Assembly: GCA_043228905.1 (NCBI GenBank)
Contig: JBHGNT010000015.1
Span: forward strand, 11,966,001 to 12,030,000
Source of the DNA: Azolla caroliniana
Lineage: Eukaryota; Plantae; Polypodiophyta
Direction of reading: 5' to 3'
Length of the DNA: 64,000 bases
Under the pieces are notes generated by a model that was given only the letters and a program-made list of their open reading frames with translations, had not been told where the DNA came from and did not search any database. Shown here one piece after another: positions 51,953 to 61,135 of the stretch (the stretch's first letter is position 1; every line of letters starts with the position of its first letter). A program made the position numbers and the translations under genes.

Positions 51953-54900
51953 ATACACGGTTACGCGCTATCTCTCTCCTTCCACCAACAAGAACAACAA
52001 CAACAGAACACTAAAAAGTTTGCCCTAAGTCATATTTATACTAATATGACTTTTCGGCTATTTACAAATATAGCCTCGATGGACTCTCAGAAACATATTT
52101 ACGAATATGTCTCTTCATCCGGTGAGCATTCCTCACCGGTTCTGCACCATCCGGCTCTCCGTAGCCGGGTACTCCTCATCCGGTTCTCACCAGGTTTGTA
52201 CTATTCGGCTCTCCGTAGTCGGGTACTCATCATTCGGTTCTCACCGGGTCTGCACCATCCGGCTCTCCGTAGCCGGGTACTCATCATCCAGTTCTCACCG
52301 GGTCTGCACCATCCGGCTCTCCGTAGCCGGTTACTCCTCATCCGGTTCTCACCGGGTCTGCACCATCCGACTCTTCGTAGCCGGGTACTCCTCATCCGGT
52401 CTTCACCAGGTCTGCACCATCCGGTTTCGGCATTGTTCTTCTCCCTTCCCATTCGGAGGGACCTGTCTCCCAACAAACTCCCCCTTCACTCCGGCATGGG
52501 GTGTCTTACTAGACCGATCCTCTTCCGGCATGCATCCAACTTGTCGGGTATCATAACTTTTGTCAGCATATCAGACCCGTTCTCGGCCGTGTGGATCTTC
52601 GTCAGCGCGAACTCCTGGTCATCTACTCTTTCCCGGATCCAGTGATACCTTCGCTGGATATGCTTCGTCCGGGAATGGTAGGCCGCATTCTTAGCAAGGT
52701 GGATGGCACTTTGACTGTCGCAATAGAGTCAGTATTCATCTTGCCGGATACCGAGCTCTCCGATGAAGTCCTTCATCCATAATATTTCCTTGCCGGCTTC
52801 CACAGCCGCCATGTACTCCGCCTCCGTGGTTGACAACGCAACCGTCTTCTGCAGCCTCGACTGGCACGAAACAACTCCCCCTGCATATGTCATTACATAC
52901 CCGGATGTAGACCGGCTGGTATCCACATCAGCCGACATGTCCGAATCGGTGAAACCGTCAAGTTGAGGTTTTCCGGAGCCGAATCAGAGACACATATTTG
53001 AAGTTCCCTTCAAATACCGGAGTATCCATTTGACCGCGTTCCAGTGCTCCTTGCCAGGATTGCTCATAAACTGGCTCACCACTCCGACTGCGTATCCTAT
53101 ATCCGGTCGGGTACACACCATTGCGTACATCAAGCTCCCGACGGCAGAGGCATATAGAATCTTCATCATATCCGCCTTCTCTACTTTTGTCTTCGGGCTT
53201 TGCTTGCCGGATAACCTGTAGTTTGCCGGAAGTGTCGATCCGACCGGTTTCGCATCTGACATGTTGAACCGGTGAAGCACCTTTGTCACGTACTTCTCCT
53301 ATGATAGCCATAATTGCTTCGCTGACCGGTTCCGGATAATATGCATCCCCAGCATCTGTCTTGCCGGACCCAAGTCTTTCATTGAGAAGGTCCGGTTGAG
53401 GGCCTTCTTCAGCATCGGTATTTTGACTTGGTCCCGTCCGATGATCAACATGTCGTCCACGTACAGAAGGAGTATCAGGAAATCGCCTCCTTCAAACTTC
53501 TTCACAAACACGCAGTGATCGGCTTGCATCTTGTGGTACCCTTGATCGTCCATGAAGGAATCGAACTTCCGGTACCATTGCCGACGGGCCTGCTTCAACC
53601 TGTAGAGACTCTTCTTCAACTGGCATAACAGATGCTCCTTCCCTTTCTCCACGAATCCTTCCGGTTGCTGCATGTAGATCTCCTCTTCGAGGTCGCCGTG
53701 AAGGAATGCCGTCTTCACGTCTAGATACTCTACCTCGAGGTCCATGCTTGCCGCTATACTCAGCACCGTCCGGATGGAGGTCATCATTACTACCGGGGCA
53801 AATATCTCGTCGAAATCCACGCCCTTCTTCTGCTGGAACCCCTTCCGCACGATCCTGGCTTTGTATCTCGGGGGGTTGCCGACATCTCCCGGTTTCAACT
53901 TGTACACCCACTTATTTCAGAGTGCCTGCTTTCCTTTCGGCAACTCCACCAATTCGTACGTATGGTTCTCATGCAGGGAATCCATCTCATCTTGCATGGC
54001 ACTTAACTATTTTCGGCTGTGGGTATCATCCTTCGCTTCTTTGAAGCTTTCCGGCTCCCCCTCATCGGTCGGCAGCACATGCTCTGCATCCGGAAATCTC
54101 CGGGGGGCCCTTCTCTCTCTGAGAGGATATCTCCGTCTTCGGGCTTCGGTAACCGGTTCCTCCATTTTCTCTTCATTCGAATCCGATTCGGGGTCTTGGT
54201 CGGTTCCGGTCTCAGCTTCCTCTACTTCTTCTTCTGCCGGTTCGGTATCCTCACCGTAACCGGCTGGTTCCTCGAGTGCTAACCGGTCTCTTGCCGGTTG
54301 AGTCTGCTCATCGTAGAGTCTATCCTTACTGGTCGACTCGGAGTTCATTATCTTCTTCTCCGACTCCCAGTCGGCGAGCGTCTTGTCCTCCATGAAGATA
54401 ATATCTCGACTCCGGAATACCTTCTTGTCGACCAGGTCCCACACTCGTTAGCCGAACTCATTGTCACCGTAACCGAGGAATATGCATGGCCGGGTCTTTG
54501 GATCTAACTTTCCTCTCCGGTCCTTAGCTACATGCACGTACGCGAGACACCCGAACACCTTCAGATGCCGGTAGGACACTTCCTTACCGGTCCATACTCT
54601 CTGTGGCGTGTCTCCGTCCAAGGGTGCTGAGGGTGATCTGTTTATCACATATGTCGCCGTCGACAGTGCCTCAGCCCAAAACTTCTTGGGTAGTTTTGCA
54701 TGCGCTAGCATACTCCGAACCCTCTCCATTATGGTCCGGTTCATCCTCTCGGCCAGTCCGTTTAGTTCAGACGTCTTCGGCACGGTAAATTTGAGCTGGA
54801 TTCCCTTCGAGCGACAGTACTCCTCGAACTGCCCCCGGTATTCACCTCCGTTATCTGCTCGAACCGCCTTCAGCTTCCGGCCAATTTCTCTTTCCACTCT

Positions 54901-55863
54901 CGCGTGGAGCTCTTTGAAGACGGATAACACCTGATCCTTCGTCTTCAACGGTGTGGCCCACAGCTTCTGGCTGTGGTCATCTATGAACGTCATGAAGTAC
55001 TGCGCTCCGGCATGTGACTTCGTGTCTACTTGACACACATCAGTATGCACCAACTCCAGTAGTGCATTACGTCTCATCGGTGGCCTTGGTCGGAAGGAGG
55101 TCCGTTTTTGCTTACCGGCCAGACAATCAGTGCACTTCTCCAAGTGCACGTTCTTCACTGGAATGAGGTTGTCGTCTGCAAGCCTCTTCATCCCCTTCTC
55201 GCTCATATGACACAGCCTCTTGTGCCACAACTCACCGGCAGTGTCGGATGCCACGTTCACTTCTTCCAGACATAACCAGGCATTCATTAGGTATAGTGTG
55301 TTGACCTTCCGGGCCCTTTGCTAAACTTCATGACACCGTTCCGGATGCTACCCGTGTAACCTTCATCATCTAGCCGACCGGCTGATATCAGGTTCAGACG
55401 AACCTCCGGAACGTGTCAGATGTCAGGAACTCTATTAAGGCAGAGAAGGAATTAGTACTAAAAGAAGGATTAGTACTATTGTTGGGGAATAGTACTAAGA
55501 CAGAGAAGGATTAGTACTATGAGAGGTGTCGAACTTTGAGAGAAGGAATGAGTGAGTGAGAGAGAGAGAGAGAGAGAGAGATGATGCGAAAGATATATGT
55601 ATTATATGAAGGAAGATATACAACAGTAGTTAGAAGGCTTAAGACTGGCGTTGAACCGATTTGGTTCGAACTAATGCCTTGCGCCTCCTTTTATAGTGTC
55701 TTCAGGAATACTCCTGAAGTTTCTAGAATGTTCCAGAGAAATCTGGAATATACATCAATTTCCCAATAAAACCTAAATGAAAATAATATCCTTCAAATTA
55801 CAATTCATAACCTAATGGTAAAGTCTCGACCCGTGTAACAAAAGGTTATGGGTTCGAGTCTAG

Positions 55864-58800
55864 TTATGACACTATCCCCCCTTTAAAACGACGAGTTCCA
55901 CGAGTCGTTTTGGATTGAGGACCCGGTTTCTCGGGATATCGTCGATGGAAGTCTTCTAGAAGAGCACGAGCATTGGTCACATTCTCGATCGGTTCCCAAG
56001 TACGCTCGCTGGGACTATATCCTAGCCAATCGACTAGATAGTAGAGCTTGTTGCGAACAATCTTGGAATCGAGGATGGCAGCGACCTCATATTCAGGTCC
56101 ATCTTCGAGCTCGATAGGAGGTGGTGGTTGTATAGTACGTCCTGGGATAGTGCTCTCGTGATAGGGTTCGAGGAGAGAACTATGAAACACCGGATGTATC
56201 CGAAGTTGCGGAGGTAGCTCGAGACGAAAAGCGACATCATTAATCTTCCCGATAATACGGAAAGGACCTAATCGCCGATAATCCAACTTCTCACATGGGC
56301 GAGTAGTCTTGATGTGTCGTCGTAGCAGCCACACCCGATCTCCAATGTTAAAACTGGATGGAAGTCGATGACGATCTGCGTAGTCCTTGTGTGATTGTTG
56401 AGCTTGCTGGAGTTGAGTAGATAAATCCGCTTGTATCTTGCGTAACCGCTCCAAACGATCCTCCGCGCAAGGATTTGTGGACACTTCTGGGGTTTCAAGG
56501 ACGCACCACCGGGGATGATATCCCGTATAAGCGTAGAATGGCGTGACTTTAGTCGATGCGTGGATAGCGTTATTATAGGCAAATTCGGCGAACTGAAGAA
56601 TATCTGCCCAGTCATTCTGATGATAGTTGAGAAAGCACCGCAGATACTGCTCCAGTGTTTGATTTGTTCGTTCGGCTTGACCGTCGGTTTGTGGGTGGTA
56701 GCCGGAGGAGAGGTTACAAGTGACCTTCAGCATTTTAAAAAGGTGCTTCCAGAATTTTGACACAAACTGGGGTCCACGATCGCTGATGATATTATCAGGG
56801 AGTCCATGATGCCGACATACTTCCCGCATGACAATTTCGGCGGTGTCTTCACTAGATATTTCTTTAGTACATGGTAAGAAATGAGCCATCTTCGTATATC
56901 GATCCACCACTGTGAGAATCGCACTGAATCCCTTGGAGACTGGAAGATCTGTAATGAAGTCAAGAGCAATGGATTGCCATGGCTTGCTTGGAATTGGTAA
57001 TGGTTCTAATAAACCATATGGATGATGTCTTGGCATTTTCGCTCTGCAGCATGTATCGCAAGTCCGAACAAAATCTTCGACAAATTGTCGCATACGGGGC
57101 CACCAGAATGATCGTTGTACTAAATCTAATGTTTTAGTACTACCAAAATGTCCTGCTGTATATGTGTCATGGCAATTTTGTACTACTCGAAGGCGGCAAG
57201 AACCATTAGGAACATACAAAAGTTCTTTAAAGAAGAGTAATCCATCACAGTATTTGAATTGCCGATAATCCGTACCTGGTGATTGTGATTGTGAACATGA
57301 CGCTCGAGAGGGGTCAATTTGTGCTAGTATAGCTTGGGCGAAAGCGTCAGTCTTCAAGTCCTCACGTATAGTATTGGTAATGTCGGAATCCACGGGTATG
57401 TCAAAGACCTGTGCTGCTTGCAGTCGTGCTGGACCCAAGATTACTTGCTTCTGGTTATCGAAAGCTGGCTCACCGGGACGTGGTGTTAGATACGAACGCC
57501 GTGATAATGCATCTGCCTTCCCTTGGTGCTTCCCCGGACGATATGTAATTTTGAAGTCGAAGCGTGTGAGGAAGTGGGCCCACCGAGCTTGACGTCGATT
57601 CAGTACACGAGCATCTTGAAAGTAGGCAAGGTTCTTGTGGTCACTGAATACAGTGACCTGATGAGGAGATCCCTCCAGGAAATGCCTCCATTGCATAAAA
57701 GAATCAACTATTGCTAATAGCTCTTTATCATGAATTTCGTAGTTGATTTCGGCGGCGTCAAACTTACGGGAGTGGAAAGCCACAGGATGTAGCTTCTCGT
57801 CGTTACCCTGTTGTGACAGAATGCTCCCCAATGCGAAATCCGATGCGTCAGCTTCGATAATGAATGGTTTTTCCGGATCCACATGACCTAAAATTGGAGC
57901 TGATGTAAACGCCTTCTTAAGACTCTCGAAAGCCATGTCCGTCTCTTTAGACCAAATGAATGATTGTCCCTTCCTGGTGAGCTGTGTGAGAGGCAGCACA
58001 ATTTTTGAGTAATTTTGTATGAACTTCCGGTAAAAATTTGCAAAGCCTAGGAAGCATTGCACATCCCGCACCGAATGCGGAGTGTGCCATTCTATCACCG
58101 TTTTGACCTTGGCTGGGTCCATAGATATGCCTTCTGAGGAGATGACATAGCCGAGAAATTCCACTTGGTTGCACCCGAAACTACATTTCTCTAACTTTGC
58201 ATACAGACCATGTTCTCGAAGTCGTTTTAGTACTAATAGTACATGAGAATCATGTTCTTCTTGGGTCTTTGAATAAACCAGTAGATCATCCAAATAGATG
58301 ATCAAAAAATCATCCAAGAGATCTCGAAATATATCATTCGCCATGTGCTGGAAGACTGCCGGCGCATTAGTGAGTCCGAACGGCATGACCGTATACTCGA
58401 AGTGCCCATATCTGGTGCGAAACGCGGTCTTCCATTCATCTCCTGGTCGGATCCGTACGAGGTTATAGGCTCCTCGTAAGTCGATCTTCGTGAAGAACCT
58501 GGCACCGTTGATCCGTTCTAAAAGACTTGAGATAAGGGGAAGAGCATACCTATTTCTTACTGTGACCTTATTCAAGCCACGGTAATCTACAACGAGTCGA
58601 AGCGAGCCATCTTTTTTCTTGACGAAGAAAATGGGTGCGCCGGCTAGAGATTTCGAATGCCGAATGAAACCGTTCTCCAAATTCTCCTCTATATAGGCTC
58701 GAAGGACTTCTAGCTCGGTGGGTGACAAATTGTAGATCGGCCCCCATGGCGGCTCTTTTCCCGGTTGTAAGTCGATGGCGCAATCGTACGGCCGATGATG

Positions 58801-59460
58801 AGGAAGTGTGTTGGCTTGTACTTTATCGAACACATCAGCATACTGACGATACTTCTCGGGAAGTTGAACGGTGGACTCCTCTTTGGTGGTGCTGGAGGGT
58901 TGTACTGATATTGCGAAGAGAAACATTTCCTCCTTGCGCCCTTCCTTACGCAACTGACGTAGCGAAATGGTTGCAACCTTCTGGGCAGGTCCTTGGGTTT
59001 GTTGCAACCGGATTTCCCTTGTCCTCCAATCTATGTCTGGGTTATGTAACTCGAACCATGGTAATCCTAAAACTATGGGGTGTTCTGGAATACTAATAAT
59101 ATTAAATGATACTACACATGTTAAGTTATCTAGGACAATATTAACGGGTTCCGACTCTTCTATGATATTACCAGAAGCAATGGGACGACCATCAATGACT
59201 ACTACTGAGGCTGGACATGGGAGCTTTCTGAGAGATATCTGATGAGCTCGGGCAAAATTCCTATCCATGAAGCAAGAATTAGCTCCGGAATCTAGAAGGG
59301 CTAAGGTATGTACTGGAGGGGTACTTTTAGTACTAACTGCTACTTGGGCTACGAACACATCACTAACTTGCTTAGAGGGAATGGAACCACTAATGGGCTG
59401 TACAGATCTAGGGCTGTCCAACCAAACGGCTCCTATTTTGGCTGGACTTAGTCGTTTAAC
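55864..59460 (-). CDS. pol: Pol (protease, RT, RNase H, integrase, chromodomain), -1 frame relative to gag
   Basis: Motifs LLDSGA, YLDD, DASDF, H..GH..C..C, DRGPQF, GPF and chromodomain EYEVAAILDS..YLVDWLGY..RTWEP. No ATG start; the frame is open from 59475. Confidence 0.95.
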   Translation of the reverse strand, partial: VKRLSPAKIGAVWLDSPRSVQPISGSIPSKQVSDVFVAQVAVSTKSTPPVHTLALLDSGANSCFMDRNFARAHQISLRKLPCPASVVVIDGRPIASGNIIEESEPVNIVLDNLTCVVSFNIISIPEHPIVLGLPWFELHNPDIDWRTREIRLQQTQGPAQKVATISLRQLRKEGRKEEMFLFAISVQPSSTTKEESTVQLPEKYRQYADVFDKVQANTLPHHRPYDCAIDLQPGKEPPWGPIYNLSPTELEVLRAYIEENLENGFIRHSKSLAGAPIFFVKKKDGSLRLVVDYRGLNKVTVRNRYALPLISSLLERINGARFFTKIDLRGAYNLVRIRPGDEWKTAFRTRYGHFEYTVMPFGLTNAPAVFQHMANDIFRDLLDDFLIIYLDDLLVYSKTQEEHDSHVLLVLKRLREHGLYAKLEKCSFGCNQVEFLGYVISSEGISMDPAKVKTVIEWHTPHSVRDVQCFLGFANFYRKFIQNYSKIVLPLTQLTRKGQSFIWSKETDMAFESLKKAFTSAPILGHVDPEKPFIIEADASDFALGSILSQQGNDEKLHPVAFHSRKFDAAEINYEIHDKELLAIVDSFMQWRHFLEGSPHQVTVFSDHKNLAYFQDARVLNRRQARWAHFLTRFDFKITYRPGKHQGKADALSRRSYLTPRPGEPAFDNQKQVILGPARLQAAQVFDIPVDSDITNTIREDLKTDAFAQAILAQIDPSRASCSQSQSPGTDYRQFKYCDGLLFFKELLYVPNGSCRLRVVQNCHDTYTAGHFGSTKTLDLVQRSFWWPRMRQFVEDFVRTCDTCCRAKMPRHHPYGLLEPLPIPSKPWQSIALDFITDLPVSKGFSAILTVVDRYTKMAHFLPCTKEISSEDTAEIVMREVCRHHGLPDNIISDRGPQFVSKFWKHLFKMLKVTCNLSSGYHPQTDGQAERTNQTLEQYLRCFLNYHQNDWADILQFAEFAYNNAIHASTKVTPFYAYTGYHPRWCVLETPEVSTNPCAEDRLERLRKIQADLSTQLQQAQQSHKDYADRHRLPSSFNIGDRVWLLRRHIKTTRPCEKLDYRRLGPFRIIGKINDVAFRLELPPQLRIHPVFHSSLLEPYHESTIPGRTIQPPPPIELEDGPEYEVAAILDSKIVRNKLYYLVDWLGYSPSERTWEPIENVTNARALLEDFHRRYPEKPGPQSKTTRGTRRFKGGIVS

Positions 59461-60617
59461 TCTTCTTCTAATTGGCTAAGGACATCAAATTTGTTTGCGA
59501 GATTCGGACTATTAGTACTATTAGGACTATTATGACTATGAGGACTATCAGAGATTCCTATTGAAATAGACTCGGGTTTAGTATAGTCAGAACTAACAAC
59601 GACTTGGTTTACCTGCCTTCTTGGTCTATGGGGACAGTTTATCGCGATATGCCCTGGTCCACCGCAATAAAGGCATAATCGGTTTGTTCGGCGTCGTTGC
59701 TTTTCCTCCTCCGATAGCGGCCCACGACGACGTGTAGTGTCAATTTCCATTGGAGTTGGAGTACTTACTGGAGGCGCATTATGTGACTCCCTTTGAAAAG
59801 GTTTTGCTACCACTGAGGCATAGGTAGGCTCGGATCTTGCCCTCGGCATCTGAAATTGTCGTTCCGAACGTCGCTCGAAGAGGCGGTTGTCACATCTGAC
59901 CGCTCGACTGATTGCTTCTGTTAATGATTTTGGCTCTTCAGGGAAAGTCAGGAGTAAATCCTTGACATCGTTGCGTAGACCATAGCGGAACTGCTCCATC
60001 AATGCTTGATCATCCCAGGGGATATCGGCGGCGAGTAGGCGGAAATCTGCAGCATATGCGGAGGCTGGACGGTCACCTTGGCGTAATCGCCGGATTTTGT
60101 TGATTGCAGTCCTTATGCTGTCAGTATCTCCAAAACATGCTTTAAACTCACTTATGAATTCTTCAAAATTATTTAGTACTGGAGATTCCTTTTCTAGTAG
60201 CGGAGCGAACCATGCTAATGCTGAGCCATTTAACAACGTGCCTACTAAACCCACTCGTGATGCATCGGTGGGATATCGGGACGGATGCATTTGAATAACT
60301 AACCGTACCTGGTTAAGAAACCCTCTAAACTGCGATCGCGTTCCATCGAACTTCGTGGGAAGGCCAATCTTGGGTTCTTTATGAATCCCTTGTGCTCCGT
60401 GCCCTTGTTGTTGCATTGCTACGATGGTTGCTTCGAGTTGTTGCACGCGTAACGCAAGTTCCCCATGCTGTTGTTGCGTTTGCTGCTTTTCTAAGGAAAT
60501 TTGCTGAAGATCCCCCAACAAGCGTTGATTTTCTTGTTCCAAAGCATGAAACTTCTCTTTCAAGCATTGAAATTCCGAGAAAACGGATTGATACTCTTCA
60601 GCGCTAACGGTGGCCAT
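59448..60617 (-). CDS. gag: Gag (coiled coil, sushi/PEG10-type capsid, CCHC knuckle)
   Basis: 389-aa ORF with PTKFDGTRSQFRGF, TPMEID and CLYCGGPGHIAINC. Confidence 0.93.
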   Translation of the reverse strand: MATVSAEEYQSVFSEFQCLKEKFHALEQENQRLLGDLQQISLEKQQTQQQHGELALRVQQLEATIVAMQQQGHGAQGIHKEPKIGLPTKFDGTRSQFRGFLNQVRLVIQMHPSRYPTDASRVGLVGTLLNGSALAWFAPLLEKESPVLNNFEEFISEFKACFGDTDSIRTAINKIRRLRQGDRPASAYAADFRLLAADIPWDDQALMEQFRYGLRNDVKDLLLTFPEEPKSLTEAISRAVRCDNRLFERRSERQFQMPRARSEPTYASVVAKPFQRESHNAPPVSTPTPMEIDTTRRRGPLSEEEKQRRRTNRLCLYCGGPGHIAINCPHRPRRQVNQVVVSSDYTKPESISIGISDSPHSHNSPNSTNSPNLANKFDVLSQLEEELND

Positions 60618-60963
60618 GGGATGAAGGAAAAGGGAAATAAGAGACTAGTAGGAAAGGAGGGAGAGAAAAGACCAGACACCAAAATCGGTTCAAACTGTCA
60701 GGAACTCTATTAAGGCAGAGAAGGAATTAGTACTAAAAGAAGGATTAGTACTATTGTTGGGGAATAGTACTAAGACAGAGAAGGATTAGTACTATGAGAG
60801 GTGTCGAACTTTGAGAGAAGGAATGAGTGAGTGAGAGAGAGAGAGAGAGAGAGAGATGATGCGAAAGATATATGTATTATATGAAGGAAGATATACAACA
60901 GTAGTTAGAAGGCTTAAGACTGGCGTTGAACCGATTTGGTTCGAACTAATGCCTTGCGCCTCC

Positions 60964-61013
60964 TTTTATAGTGTCTTCAGGAATACTCCTGAAGTTTCTA
61001 GAATGTTCCAGAG
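60964..61013 (-). promoter_or_regulatory. TATA box plus heat-shock-element array in the 5' LTR U3 (copy at 55689-55738)
   Basis: TATAAAA (minus strand, 60970-60964) next to TTCagGAAtaCTCctGAAgtTTCtaGAAtgTTCcaGAG (60976-61013). Confidence 0.75.
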
Positions 61014-61082
61014 AAATCTGGAATATACATCAATTTCCCAATAAAACCTAAATGAAAATAATATCCTTCAAATTACAATTCA

Positions 61083-61135
61083 TAACCTAATGGTAAAGTC
61101 TCGACCCGTGTAACAAAAGGTTATGGGTTCGAGTC
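61083..61135 (+). promoter_or_regulatory. tRNA-like A-box/B-box cassette at the LTR 5' terminus, antisense to the element (copy at 55808-55860)
   Basis: TAACCTAATGGTAAAG...GGGTTCGAGTC. Confidence 0.6.

Noticed and set aside
52140-52430. Regular repeats resembling a CRISPR array (also 30070-30200, 5377-5577, 62770-63055)
   Set aside because: The units are contiguous tandem repeats with no unique spacers. They lie in LTRs or TE ends of a eukaryotic genome with no cas genes.
51773-52645. Long repetitive ORFs over copia LTRs (also 62676-63223)
   Set aside because: These are open frames produced by stop-free tandem repeats and antisense overlap with pol.
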